Translations under genes and position numbers: made by a program
Shown here: in pieces, positions 1 to 9,319 of the stretch
Layout: every line of letters begins with the position of its first letter
Numbering within the stretch: position 1 is the first letter of the stretch
Notes under the pieces: generated by a model
Told to the model about the DNA's origin: nothing
Database searches by the model: none
Seen by the model: only the letters and a program-made list of their open reading frames with translations
From: Minisyncoccota bacterium
GTDB lineage: Bacteria; Patescibacteriota; Minisyncoccia; Phycocordibacterales; UBA9973
NCBI GenBank assembly: GCA_041657885.1
Contig: JBBABB010000002.1
Coordinates: forward strand, 25,483 to 89,482
DNA: 64,000 nucleotides
Reading direction: 5' to 3'

Positions 1-1091
1 AGTTTAACTGTATCCCCTGGCATAACCATTTCTACTCCAGTAGGTAATGTTGCTTCTCCAGTAACATCTGTAGTACGAATGTAGAATTGTGGTTTGTATC
101 CAGTAAAGAATGGTGTGTGACGTCCACCTTCTTCTTTCTTTAAAATATAAACTTCACATTCAAATTCTGAGTGAGGAGTAACAGTTCCTGGTTTTGCAAG
201 AACTTGTCCACGAGTAACATCTTCTTTTTTAATACCACGAATAAGGACACCAGCATTATCTCCGGCCATACCCTCTTTCAAATTTTTGTTGAACATTTCA
301 ATGCCAGTAACTGTTGTTTTTGCTGTAGGTTTAATACCAACAATTTCAACGTCTTCTCCTACTTTTACTATTCCGCGTTCAATCTTACCAGTAACGACTG
401 TCCCACGTCCTTCAATAGAGAAGATATCTTCAATCGGCATTAGAAATGGTTTTGTAATATCACGTTCTGGAATTGGAATGTAAGTATCTAGAGCATTTAC
501 TAGGTCTAAGACCTTCTTTGCCCATTCATCATCATTGCTTGTTGAATCAAGAGCTTTAAGAGCTGAACCGCGGATTACTGGAGCATTTACACCATCATAT
601 CCTTGTTTTGTAAGAAGTTCACGAACTTCTTCTTCAACTAGGTCAAGCATTTCTGGGTCATCCACCATATCACATTTGTTTAAGAATACGATAATTTTTG
701 GAACGTTGACTTGCTTTGCAAGAAGAATGTGCTCACGTGTCTGAGGCATAACCCCATCTGTAGCCGCAACAACAATAATAGCTCCGTCCATTTGAGCGGC
801 ACCAGTAATCATATTCTTAATATAGTCGGCGTGACCTGGAGCATCAATGTGTGCGTAATGACGCGCTGGTGTCCAGTATTCGTTGTGAGAAAGAGCAATC
901 GTGATACCACGAGCTTTTTCTTCTGGAGCTGAGTCAATCTGGTCAACTCCTCTAATCTTGGCACCATATCCAGTGCCTTGTCTTGCTAAAATTTTTAAAA
1001 TAGCCGCAGTCAATGTAGTTTTCCCATGGTCAACGTGACCAATAGTCCCTACATTTACATGGGGTTTATCTCTCTTAAATTCTTCTGCCAT
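1..1091 (-). CDS. tuf: Elongation factor Tu, 3'-truncated by the window edge. N-terminus [30 protein letters not shown].
   Basis: Reverse-strand translation from ATG at 1089-1091 gives the canonical EF-Tu G-domain motifs ([17 protein letters not shown]). The frame stays open to position 1. Confidence 0.95.
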   Translation of the reverse strand, partial: MAEEFKRDKPHVNVGTIGHVDHGKTTLTAAILKILARQGTGYGAKIRGVDQIDSAPEEKARGITIALSHNEYWTPARHYAHIDAPGHADYIKNMITGAAQMDGAIIVVAATDGVMPQTREHILLAKQVNVPKIIVFLNKCDMVDDPEMLDLVEEEVRELLTKQGYDGVNAPVIRGSALKALDSTSNDDEWAKKVLDLVNALDTYIPIPERDITKPFLMPIEDIFSIEGRGTVVTGKIERGIVKVGEDVEIVGIKPTAKTTVTGIEMFNKNLKEGMAGDNAGVLIRGIKKEDVTRGQVLAKPGTVTPHSEFECEVYILKKEEGGRHTPFFTGYKPQFYIRTTDVTGEATLPTGVEMVMPGDTVK

Positions 1092-1208
1092 ATATTTTTA
1101 TTGGTTGATAAAAAGAATAAAATATACGAGTAACCTTACTTTATTCAAACTACCAACATAAATTATTAATAAATATAGTTTCTATACTAGCAGGTTTAAA
1201 AAAAAATG

Positions 1209-1287
1209 CAAGCCCCCACACCTACTTTTTTATTGCAGGCATTAGCCTGCGTTTTTAAACTATAAAAAAGTAGGTGTGGGGGCAAGC
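1209..1287. repeat. P-family inverted-repeat element. TIRs gcaagCCCCCACACCTACTTTTTT / AAAAAAGTAGGTGTGGGGGcaagc flank an inner gcaggc..gcctgc mini-hairpin.
   Basis: A near-perfect inverted repeat of about 23 bp is visible in the sequence. It lies immediately 3' of the giant gene stop. Confidence 0.8.
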
Positions 1288-1293
1288 AGAACT

Positions 1294-1337
1294 CTTCCTC
1301 CCCTGCTAAGGGTAGGTATCCAAAGGACGGAGGGGTT
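1294..1337. repeat. GC-rich element, family A half-copy (cTTCCTCCCCTGCTAAGGGtAGGTaTCCAAAGGACGGAGGGGTt).
   Basis: Related copies lie at 24076-24127 (reverse complement, inside cca) and 59572-59666 (full palindromic copy). Confidence 0.7.
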
Positions 1338-4300
1338 ATTGTTCTTTTATAATTAGAGTGATAACTTTTGTTACAACAGTTTTCTCTTTTGAACCTGAAG
1401 TATTTGAACATGTAAGGATGTAAGTAGTTGTTACGATTGGAGATACTATACGAGTACCTTGTTTTGTTCCCCCCGTATCAAATCCAGTACCAGTACAAGA
1501 ATCAGCTAGAGGTGAATCCCATGCGAGAGTTGATGACCTTCCTTCAAAGATTGTAGATGGATTTGCTTCAAATATAGTAGTATCACTTGGAGCATCTATT
1601 ACGCATTTTGCTGGTAGTGGTAATAGTTGCCAGTGTGTAGTAGGAGCACAGCCTGCTGTCACTGATAATGTTTTCAATGACAAAGCCCCGCTATATAAGG
1701 TGAGTATTTTCTCAACACCATAAACCAGAGAAAACGTTGCAGTTCCTGAAACTGCTGTCGTTGAAGGGACTATAGGACTAGTTCCATAACTTGCATCCAC
1801 TCTAGAATTACCAATTTTGTTTGTTACAGCCCAATCTAATTGAGCATCATTACAACTACTATTTCCTTCTGTAATTGAGCAACCACCCGAAGAAAGAGTT
1901 CCACTTGGAGTGACGCATTTACTCCCATCCCAAAATGTTTGAGGGGTGTCAGTACAGTCCGCATTAACTGTTTCTCTCTTTAATTCTACACCATTGTGAT
2001 AAAGATAAAATATTCTTCCTCCGCTAACTGATGTGTTTCCAACATTATAATTTACTGCGCCTGCGTTTGTTGATGAAACTCCTGTTCCTCCACCTCCGAC
2101 AATCGTATTACTAGGTTCTGTCGTAACAGCAGAAACAGAATTTACCGGATAAATTGTATTCCAACTTATATTGACAGGGCAACTACTTTCACCTTCACCT
2201 ATTTTACAACTAAGCGGATTAATCGTTAGTGTTCCCGACGGAGGATTACATATACCGTTTCCTAGAGTTGTATTTACCGGACACTCCGTATTTACCGTAA
2301 TCAAACCGGAAGTTCCTACCGCTGTTGTCGTCGTTGTATTTTGACATCGGATATAGTAACCGTAGGCACCAATTCCATTTGGAGAAGTATAAGTTTTTGT
2401 ATTGATTACATCTTTAGTTGCGGAAGTATATGCGGTTAAATCTGTTTGATTATTATCTAACAGTTTACATTGAACTAAACCTGAGTTTGTCGTCGGAGTG
2501 TAAGTGAAAGAAACATTTGTATTTGGAGTTGTATTGTAAGTTAGTGGAGAAGCAGTGACAGAGACAGTGACAGAGGTACAAGTTCCGGCAATAATTACTG
2601 AACCTGCTACACAAGTTGTACATGTTGGAGGGTTGGTTGCTCCATTTGCACAAGCAGTTGGTGTAAATGTAGCACTGATTGTATGATTGGCTGTGATGTT
2701 AGAAAATGTATATGAATTAGCAACAGTGATAGCACTTCCATCAACTGTTAGTGAAGCTATAGAATAATTAGTAATAGGAGTAATAGTATATATTTGATTA
2801 GAACCATATGCAACACTTGTTACGCCTGTTGGTGTTACTGTTCCATTTGCCCCTGATGAAGCTGTGATTGTTGGTCTAACTCGACAAGCTCCAGAAACAA
2901 AGTCACTACCTGTTGCACACGCCGTATTCACCGTAATCAAACCAGAAGTCCCTACCGCTGTTGTCGTTGTATTTTGACATCGAATATAGTAACCGTAGGC
3001 ACCAATTCCATTTGGAGAAGCATAAGTTTTTGTATTGACTACATCTTTAGTTGCGGAAGCATATGCGGTTAAATCTGCTTGATTATTATCTAACAGTTTA
3101 CATTGAACTAAACCTGAGTTTGTCGTCGGAGTGTAAGTGAAAGAAACATTTGTATTTGGAGTTGTATTGTAAGTTGTTGGAGAAGCAGTGACAGAGACAG
3201 TGACAGAGGTACATATTCCACCTATTATTGCAGAACCTGGCGGACAAGTTGTACACGTTGGATAGTTTGATGCTCCGTTTGAACAAATAAGCGAACAACC
3301 ATATATATTGCTAGGTCCAGTAGCATTATAATTAGTATCTGTAGCTGTTGTACATCCATACTTTGGGGCAGAACAAGTCGTTACTGTTCCACAAGTCCAT
3401 TTCCAGAGAAGTGAAGTATCAACAGGAGAACTTGAATTGAGCGTTCCAATTGTACAGGCACTTGTTCCAGTTGGTTCAGGATTTTGTGGGGTAGAACCAC
3501 TCCCGGGACCACAAGAATCAACAGGAACTGGAACATTGGTCCATGAGCTACAGTTATCGCCTTCATTCGATTCTGTAATCACCCCGCCACCCGCCGCTGA
3601 AGTCTTGTCGGCACAAACTCTGATTGAATACGTTCCAGCAGAACTAAATATATGACTAACACTTATAGTATTTGTTCCACTTGCAGCAAGAGTTGTCATT
3701 GAAGTAGATGTTTTGTCGGTAATAGTTCCTCCACCGTTGGCCGATGATGCAACTTGGAAGAAATTACTAAAGCTTGCACCTGTTGAAGCATTACCATTGT
3801 TTGTAATTGTTGAAGTGAAAGTTTGAGCAACGTTTATGTAAGCAGAAGATGGTGTTGGAGCTGAAGCTGTGAGATTAGGAGCAGGGCATGCTGGAGTTGT
3901 GAATGAGGCAGGAGTAACTGTCCATCCCGTTCCAGTTGTATTCGTCGCACAACCATACACATAGTATATAGTACTTGGAGTTAACCCCGTTTTAGACATT
4001 GTATATACCCCAGTTGTTCTACCTCCTTGGTCTACACAAGTTCCTGGTGAACCAATAGTAACAGAAGTCCCGCGGGCAGAAAGAGTGGCAGGAACACCTA
4101 AAGATGTAACATTTGCCCCAACTGTTGCGCTATTACAAGTTACAGAAGTTGCAGTTGGACTTGTGACAGTTGGAATAACTCCGACAGGTGCACATACTGA
4201 TCCATTCCAAGATGTAGCTACCGGAGTTTGAGAACAGCTAACAGTAATCGGTAAACTAGCAAGTATATTATCAACAGAAGTTCCATTATTTTCTCCATCA

Positions 4301-5859
4301 ACTTTATTTTTAGAAGTAAGAGTCACTGTTCCACTAGTCCCCCCTACAGAAATAGCACTTCCACTAAATGTTACATTGGTGTTACTACCAGAATTCCCAG
4401 AAACGACAGAAGTTCCTCCCGTTAAAGTAGTCGTTACCCCAGATTTTGGATTTGTTGTCCCCCAATTCATCGGAATATTACAACTTCCTTGTCCCGAAGA
4501 AATTGTACAGGCAGGTGAATACGTCGCAGCTAGAGTTCCAGATTGAGCCAATACATTTTGTATTGCACTTTTTGTAGTAGGAGAAGAAGAATTAGTACAA
4601 TCAAGCTGAAAATCGTTACTGTTGTTTTGTAGGCTTGAGACATTTTTTGGCTGGGGACTAAGATTATTATAAAATGTACCATATGTAGTACCATCAGTAT
4701 TATTTTTTAATATACAACCTCCAGAAGTAAGACCACTAACATTAACCACTAAATATGCCGTACCAATACCACTAGAGTCAGAACTACTTTTTTTAACTAA
4801 ATTTTTACTAGGATTATCTTTTTTTGTAAGTGTAACAGTCACAGTTTGAGAAATTAAATTAAACGTACCAATACATCTCACTGTTCTATTCATTGTAACC
4901 TGTCCATCGTTACAATCAGCATCATAAACCCAAGAACAGCCACTAGGACCTGAGCATGATAAACCAGTCCACCCAGCAAATGTTGAACCTGAACTTGGAG
5001 TAGCTGTAATATAGGCAGTTCGATTTAATAAATAATTCCCCGATCCGGTGAAAGACCCCGTGCCAGTTCCAGCAGATTCAGTTGAAAGTGCGTAGACATT
5101 GGAATCACAATTCATCCCATTCCATAAGGTACCAGAAGTACAAGAAGCCGTTGCCGAATCTGAAGATAACTGTACTCCGTTATAGAAAAGACGAAAGCTT
5201 CTAGTGGCTGTGCGATATTGATTAGTATCATCACCAACAATAGTTATAGGGTAAGTAGTACTGCCTGAAGTCAATGATGTTGGAGCTATTACATCAGTAT
5301 TCCAAGGAGTTGTTACAACTCTAGAAATTGCATTAGCAATAGGATTTGCTACACTCCAATTTATTTGGGAATTACAACTATTATATCCTGCCTGAACAGG
5401 ACAATCATTGGCATTTAAAACACCTGAGGGATTAGGCCCACCACCACCGATAGTAACAGTTGCTGACGCTGCAACTGAAGTATATCCAGACCTACTACAA
5501 GTTACAGTATAAGTTGTGGTTTGAGTAGGATTATAGACGACAGAACCAGAGGGAGTTGCTGCTTCAGCTTCTTTTATCCCTAATAAACTCGCAAACTTTT
5601 GTAGAAATGTTGATGGTACAAATGGTAATGGTAAAGTATTATTAATTCCTATAGGAACTCCTCCAGCATTAACAGTAATCGCACAAGTAGTGGCAATCGT
5701 TGATGACCAAGTAAGAGTTACAGGATTCCCTGATGCAACTGAAGTAGGAGATACACTGGCTTGAACGGTAATTCCAGTAAGAGCAGAAGCATTATTTGCA
5801 AAAAATAATGAACCGACCAAAATAATACTTAACACAAAAATTTTTGATAGATTTTTCAT
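1336..5859 (-). CDS. Giant secreted Ser/Thr/Gly-rich surface protein (1507 aa). It carries a CARDB-like module and an internal tandem duplication of about 110 aa.
   Basis: Signal peptide MKNLSKIFVLSIILVGSLFFANNASA. Motif STGASFSNFFQ ... YSIRVCADKTSAAGGGVITESNEGDNCSSW is shared with the proteins at 9320-11965 and 49670-52753. The C-terminal Ig-like module is homologous to that of 9320-11965. Confidence 0.85.
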   Translation of the reverse strand: MKNLSKIFVLSIILVGSLFFANNASALTGITVQASVSPTSVASGNPVTLTWSSTIATTCAITVNAGGVPIGINNTLPLPFVPSTFLQKFASLLGIKEAEAATPSGSVVYNPTQTTTYTVTCSRSGYTSVAASATVTIGGGGPNPSGVLNANDCPVQAGYNSCNSQINWSVANPIANAISRVVTTPWNTDVIAPTSLTSGSTTYPITIVGDDTNQYRTATRSFRLFYNGVQLSSDSATASCTSGTLWNGMNCDSNVYALSTESAGTGTGSFTGSGNYLLNRTAYITATPSSGSTFAGWTGLSCSGPSGCSWVYDADCNDGQVTMNRTVRCIGTFNLISQTVTVTLTKKDNPSKNLVKKSSSDSSGIGTAYLVVNVSGLTSGGCILKNNTDGTTYGTFYNNLSPQPKNVSSLQNNSNDFQLDCTNSSSPTTKSAIQNVLAQSGTLAATYSPACTISSGQGSCNIPMNWGTTNPKSGVTTTLTGGTSVVSGNSGSNTNVTFSGSAISVGGTSGTVTLTSKNKVDGENNGTSVDNILASLPITVSCSQTPVATSWNGSVCAPVGVIPTVTSPTATSVTCNSATVGANVTSLGVPATLSARGTSVTIGSPGTCVDQGGRTTGVYTMSKTGLTPSTIYYVYGCATNTTGTGWTVTPASFTTPACPAPNLTASAPTPSSAYINVAQTFTSTITNNGNASTGASFSNFFQVASSANGGGTITDKTSTSMTTLAASGTNTISVSHIFSSAGTYSIRVCADKTSAAGGGVITESNEGDNCSSWTNVPVPVDSCGPGSGSTPQNPEPTGTSACTIGTLNSSSPVDTSLLWKWTCGTVTTCSAPKYGCTTATDTNYNATGPSNIYGCSLICSNGASNYPTCTTCPPGSAIIGGICTSVTVSVTASPTTYNTTPNTNVSFTYTPTTNSGLVQCKLLDNNQADLTAYASATKDVVNTKTYASPNGIGAYGYYIRCQNTTTTAVGTSGLITVNTACATGSDFVSGACRVRPTITASSGANGTVTPTGVTSVAYGSNQIYTITPITNYSIASLTVDGSAITVANSYTFSNITANHTISATFTPTACANGATNPPTCTTCVAGSVIIAGTCTSVTVSVTASPLTYNTTPNTNVSFTYTPTTNSGLVQCKLLDNNQTDLTAYTSATKDVINTKTYTSPNGIGAYGYYIRCQNTTTTTAVGTSGLITVNTECPVNTTLGNGICNPPSGTLTINPLSCKIGEGESSCPVNISWNTIYPVNSVSAVTTEPSNTIVGGGGTGVSSTNAGAVNYNVGNTSVSGGRIFYLYHNGVELKRETVNADCTDTPQTFWDGSKCVTPSGTLSSGGCSITEGNSSCNDAQLDWAVTNKIGNSRVDASYGTSPIVPSTTAVSGTATFSLVYGVEKILTLYSGALSLKTLSVTAGCAPTTHWQLLPLPAKCVIDAPSDTTIFEANPSTIFEGRSSTLAWDSPLADSCTGTGFDTGGTKQGTRIVSPIVTTTYILTCSNTSGSKEKTVVTKVITLIIKEQ

Positions 5860-5987
5860 AGTGATAAATTTATAATAATAAAAAAAATATTTATTAAAAC
5901 TAAAGATAATATTAAAAAATAAAATATCTTAATTATTAGAATTATACCACATAAAAAGTATATTAAGAATAGTAATGAGCAAAAAGA

Positions 5988-6026
5988 ATAGCCGTTACGT
6001 GAAAACGCAACGGCTCCTTTTTATAA
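5988..6026 (-). terminator. Rho-independent terminator for the lipoprotein gene on the minus strand.
   Basis: Hairpin AGCCGTTaCG / CGcAACGGCT is followed by a T-run on the minus strand. Confidence 0.6.
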
Positions 6027-6038
6027 ACCAATTAGAGT

Positions 6039-6968
6039 TCATTTCGGATGTATAAAGGTTTCCCTATTGGCATCTTTTTGACTGCCTGGATAATACACCC
6101 AGACTAAAGTGTCCTTTGTAAGTGTCATAATATTATAATTATTATATTCACACAAAGTCAACACAGATCCAGTCAAAGACCATGACCCCTCTTGAGTCTC
6201 ATTCTCACTGCCACAACGAACTTCACCGTTATCATAAACCCCTATTTTAGAAGGTGTAAGATAAAATTTTATCAAATCATCCTTCATGCATTCCCATATG
6301 TCTGCCTCAACCCAGGGATAACCAGATTCTTGTTGGAATTCCAACTTGATTTTTGACCATGGAGCTAAACAAAGTAGTTTTTCCTCATCTGTAAAGACAG
6401 GATCCTTAACTACAACGGTGACACTAGCTGTAGCTGACTTATTAGCTAATCCATAAACAGTTACAGTGTAATCTGTCGTAACCCCAGGTCCAACCTCAGT
6501 AGAACCAGAAAGACCATTTACTCCACCAAAGGTTGCCTTAATGGAAAGTGCATTTTCCGAAGTCCAACTGATAGTTGTCATTTCCCCTTCAAAAATTTCT
6601 GAGGGAGTAGCAGTAATAGCAACAGTCAGAACCTCAGTAGGCTCTTTTGCAACAATTTTTAGTTGCTGTTGAGCAGGAGCTATATCCATATTGCCTATTG
6701 GATAGGCGGTACAGGTAACAGTGATATTTTTATCTATCACTATTTCCTTGGTTCCTGAAAGAGGAACCGTGTCTTTGTTCACTATCACAATGCTAGCGTT
6801 TTCTACACTCCATCGGATAGTAACAACATCGCCAATCTCACACGAATCAGCCGAAGCTGAAAAAACACGTATAATTGGCTTAAGATTCACAACCGGTTCT
6901 TCTTCACATCCTGTAAACATAAGCAGGGAAAGAAAAAGACCCATCAGAAGAGAAAGCATCTTTTTCAT
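6039..6968 (-). CDS. Secreted lipoprotein with two Ig-like modules (309 aa).
   Basis: Lipobox LLMFTGC follows an N-terminal hydrophobic segment. Modules with conserved W and C match those in the giant proteins. Confidence 0.7.
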   Translation of the reverse strand: MKKMLSLLMGLFLSLLMFTGCEEEPVVNLKPIIRVFSASADSCEIGDVVTIRWSVENASIVIVNKDTVPLSGTKEIVIDKNITVTCTAYPIGNMDIAPAQQQLKIVAKEPTEVLTVAITATPSEIFEGEMTTISWTSENALSIKATFGGVNGLSGSTEVGPGVTTDYTVTVYGLANKSATASVTVVVKDPVFTDEEKLLCLAPWSKIKLEFQQESGYPWVEADIWECMKDDLIKFYLTPSKIGVYDNGEVRCGSENETQEGSWSLTGSVLTLCEYNNYNIMTLTKDTLVWVYYPGSQKDANRETFIHPK

Positions 6969-7030
6969 GATATGATTTATTTGTTTATTTTTTCAAGAGG
7001 ATTTGTTTAAATTTATCGTGACAAACGCTT

Positions 7031-7128
7031 ATTTATCCCCACACCTATATTTCCATCAAAAATATATAACAGCAGGGTATTTTTACTAAAAAAGCAGAAT
7101 GATGGGAATATGGGTGTGGGGATTTATC
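7031..7128. repeat. P-family MITE-like element. TIRs atttatCCCCACACCTATATTTCCATC / GATGGGAATATGGGTGTGGGGatttatc.
   Basis: The inverted pair is visible. The inner sequence aaaaagcagaatgatgggaatat recurs in the copy at 20539-20683. Confidence 0.8.
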
Positions 7129-7207
7129 AAGATAAAATTAAACAAATCCGAACAATATGCCTTTGTACTAATTATCTAAGTAATTAAGCATCATGTCAAG
7201 GAGTTTT

Positions 7208-7350
7208 ACCCCCACACCCACTTTTTCATTGCTTTAATATTGTGCCATTAAAATATTCAGAAATATATAAAATATCTTTATAAATCAAGTATAAATAATA
7301 ATATTCCTAAAAAATAAAGCACAATGATGAAAAAGTAGGTGTGGGGGTTT
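7208..7350. repeat. P-family MITE-like element. TIRs CCCCCACACCCACTTTTTCAT / ATGAAAAAGTAGGTGTGGGGG with an AT-rich core of about 100 bp.
   Basis: A perfect inverted repeat of about 21 bp. Confidence 0.8.
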
Positions 7351-7360
7351 ATGCACTTTT

Positions 7361-7527
7361 TATCCCCACACCTATATTTTTATAGATTTTCATCTTTTAA
7401 ATAAAAAACTACTTAATTGGTATTTCTAATAAATTATCGCGTAAAAATAGACATTTTGTATTCAAAATAATAAAAATATAGGTGTGGGGATTTATCCCAC
7501 CTTGCCACCTATATTTTTATTGCAGGC
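7361..7527. repeat. P-family element (tatCCCCACACCTATATTTTtata ... AAAAATATAGGTGTGGGGATTTATC) plus an adjacent partial inverted fragment ccaCCTATATTTTTATTGCAGGC.
   Basis: Inverted TIRs are present. The 3' fragment shares TTTTTATTGCAGGC with the copy at 1209-1287. Confidence 0.75.
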
Positions 7528-7771
7528 TCCTTTTTATCCTAATTTTAAGTTGAAATAATGCCCTGCCGTCCTTTTTTAGAGACGATTCTCTTTTCCTTGC
7601 ATCACTCTCATCAAAATATGATTCATAATATCTAAGTTCAAAAGGACGACGACTTTTAGTGGAAAAAACTTTACCATTATTATGATCCGAGAGCCTGCGT
7701 CGTAAATCATTTGTTGAGCCAATGTAAATATTATTGTCTTTTTTACTTTTTAAAATATATAAGTAGAACAT
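7517..7771 (-). CDS. GIY-YIG nuclease-superfamily small protein (YhbQ/UPF0213-like, 84 aa).
   Basis: N-terminal motif YLYILKSKKDNNIYIGSTNDLRRRLSDHN is a classic GIY-YIG. The gene is flanked on both sides by same-orientation copies of the P-family TIR. Confidence 0.8.
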   Translation of the reverse strand: MFYLYILKSKKDNNIYIGSTNDLRRRLSDHNNGKVFSTKSRRPFELRYYESYFDESDARKRESSLKKDGRALFQLKIRIKRSLQ

Positions 7772-7800
7772 ATATTTATATTATATGATTTATGACTATA

Positions 7801-7826
7801 AAAATATAGGTGTGGGGATTTATCCA
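7801..7826. repeat. Solo P-family TIR (AAAATATAGGTGTGGGGATTTATCC). It contains a perfect DnaA-box-like nonamer TTATCCACA.
   Basis: Identical to the right TIR at 7473-7497. Confidence 0.7.
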
Positions 7827-7866
7827 CAGGGCTCCAAAACCCTTTCCATAGTAGCAAGGACGGTCC

Positions 7867-8583
7867 TTGCTAATTTTTTATAAACCTTCAAAATTATTTA
7901 TGCAATCATTGAGATATTGCATTAATATACCATTTATGCTAGGATGTGGACTGGAGATTAGGTTAAACCTAAGTTCCAGTAGATATATGAATAATAAAGC
8001 TAAAAAAGGGGAATATTTAGACATTCTATTAAGATCAAAGAATAGCGTATTTTCAACGAAAGATATCGCTTTGCTTTGGCGTGATGTTCAAACAACGGCA
8101 TCGCAAGTAAGATTGAACTATTATGTTAAAGCTGGGAAGCTTATTAGAATTCGTAGAGGTATTTATGCAAAAGATAAAAATTATGATAAATATGAATTTG
8201 CGACTAAGATTTTTAGACCCTCATATATAAGTTTTGAAACTGTCTTAGGTGCATCTGGTATGACTTTCCAATATTATGGAAATATTTTTATTGCTTCATA
8301 TTTAAAGAGGGAGATTAAATGTGACGGACAAACTTATTCTTTTGTAAAAATGAAGGATTCTATTTTAAGTAACCCAAAAGGAATAGATCAAACAGGTGAA
8401 TATGCTATTGCTTCAAAAGAAAGAGCTTTCTTGGATACAATTTATAGAAGTAAAAAGTATTATTTTGATAATCATTCTCCGCTTGATTGGGATAAGGTAT
8501 TTGAAATGTTGCCAATTTATAATAATAAAAAAATGGCAAAAACTGTGCAAAAATATTATAAGGATTATAAAACTACTAAATAA
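7867..8583 (+). CDS. AbiEi-family type IV TA antitoxin / transcriptional regulator.
   Basis: wHTH region carries the LIRIRRGIYAK (RRG.Y) signature and the gene abuts the AbiEii-like gene downstream. The 5' end is uncertain. An internal ATG (MNNKAKKGEYLDILL) about 120 nt in is the likelier start. Confidence 0.65.
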   Translation: MLIFYKPSKLFMQSLRYCINIPFMLGCGLEIRLNLSSSRYMNNKAKKGEYLDILLRSKNSVFSTKDIALLWRDVQTTASQVRLNYYVKAGKLIRIRRGIYAKDKNYDKYEFATKIFRPSYISFETVLGASGMTFQYYGNIFIASYLKREIKCDGQTYSFVKMKDSILSNPKGIDQTGEYAIASKERAFLDTIYRSKKYYFDNHSPLDWDKVFEMLPIYNNKKMAKTVQKYYKDYKTTK

Positions 8584-8585
8584 AT

Positions 8586-9290
8586 ATGACATTAAATTAT
8601 CCAATACATAAAAATATTCTCGTACAGATACTTATTGATATTTACTCGGATACGACAATTAGCCCATATTTAGGTTTTAAAGGTGGAACGGCTGCTTATT
8701 TGTTCTATGGACTTGATCGTTATTCTGTTGACTTAGATATTGATATTTTAGATGAATCAAAAGAAGATTACATCTTTGAACAAGTTGAAAAAATAGGGAG
8801 AAAATATGGAGAAGTAAAAGAATCTCAAAAGAAAAGATTTAATCTAATATTTTTAATATCGTATGAGAATAAAGAAAAAAATGCTCAGAATATAAAAATT
8901 GAGATTAATCGTAGGTCTTTTGATTCAAAATATGAAGTTCGTGCCTTTAATGGTATTTCAATGCTTGTAATGGTCAAAGAAGATATGTTTGCTCATAAGC
9001 TTGTAGCCATGCACGAACGACTAGGAATAACTAATCGTGATATTTTTGATGTATGGTTTTTCTCAAAAAATAACTGGGAAATTAATAAAGAAATTATAGA
9101 AAAAAGAACAGGAATGTCATATAAAAAATTTCTTGAAGTATGCATTAAAGAATTAGAAAAGATGAATAATAACAATATTCTCCATGGTCTTGGTGAGCTT
9201 ATAACAGAAAAACAGAAAGCTTGGGTAAGATCAAAATTAAAACTTGAGACAATTTTACAACTAAAATTAAGATTAGAATCCGAAAATTAA
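8586..9290 (+). CDS. AbiEii/AbiGii-family nucleotidyltransferase toxin (DUF1814-like), 234 aa.
   Basis: Motif FKGGTAAYLFYGLDRYSVDLDIDI is the GGTAL..R.S.DID nucleotidyltransferase signature. Start lies 2 nt after the upstream stop. Confidence 0.7.
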   Translation: MTLNYPIHKNILVQILIDIYSDTTISPYLGFKGGTAAYLFYGLDRYSVDLDIDILDESKEDYIFEQVEKIGRKYGEVKESQKKRFNLIFLISYENKEKNAQNIKIEINRRSFDSKYEVRAFNGISMLVMVKEDMFAHKLVAMHERLGITNRDIFDVWFFSKNNWEINKEIIEKRTGMSYKKFLEVCIKELEKMNNNNILHGLGELITEKQKAWVRSKLKLETILQLKLRLESEN

Positions 9291-9319
9291 TTTCATCATA
9301 AATATTTTTTGAGTGTTTT

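Noticed and set aside
1196-1411. 71-aa minus-strand ORF (..PPSFGYLPLAGEEEFCLPPHLLF..)
   Set aside because: It is just the translation of the P-family and family A repeats downstream of the giant gene. The same peptide-like string appears wherever the repeat occurs.
2440-3405. Diversity-generating retroelement (TR/VR pair)
   Set aside because: No reverse transcriptase in the window. Both copies lie in the same gene, and the differences are not adenine-specific.
6976-7870. Possible CRISPR array, suggested by a repeated ~25-bp unit with ~100-bp spacers
   Set aside because: The units occur as inverted pairs with variable spacing and partial copies. No cas genes are nearby. Copies are scattered elsewhere at 1209, 12122 and 20539. 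The pattern fits MITE-like elements better.
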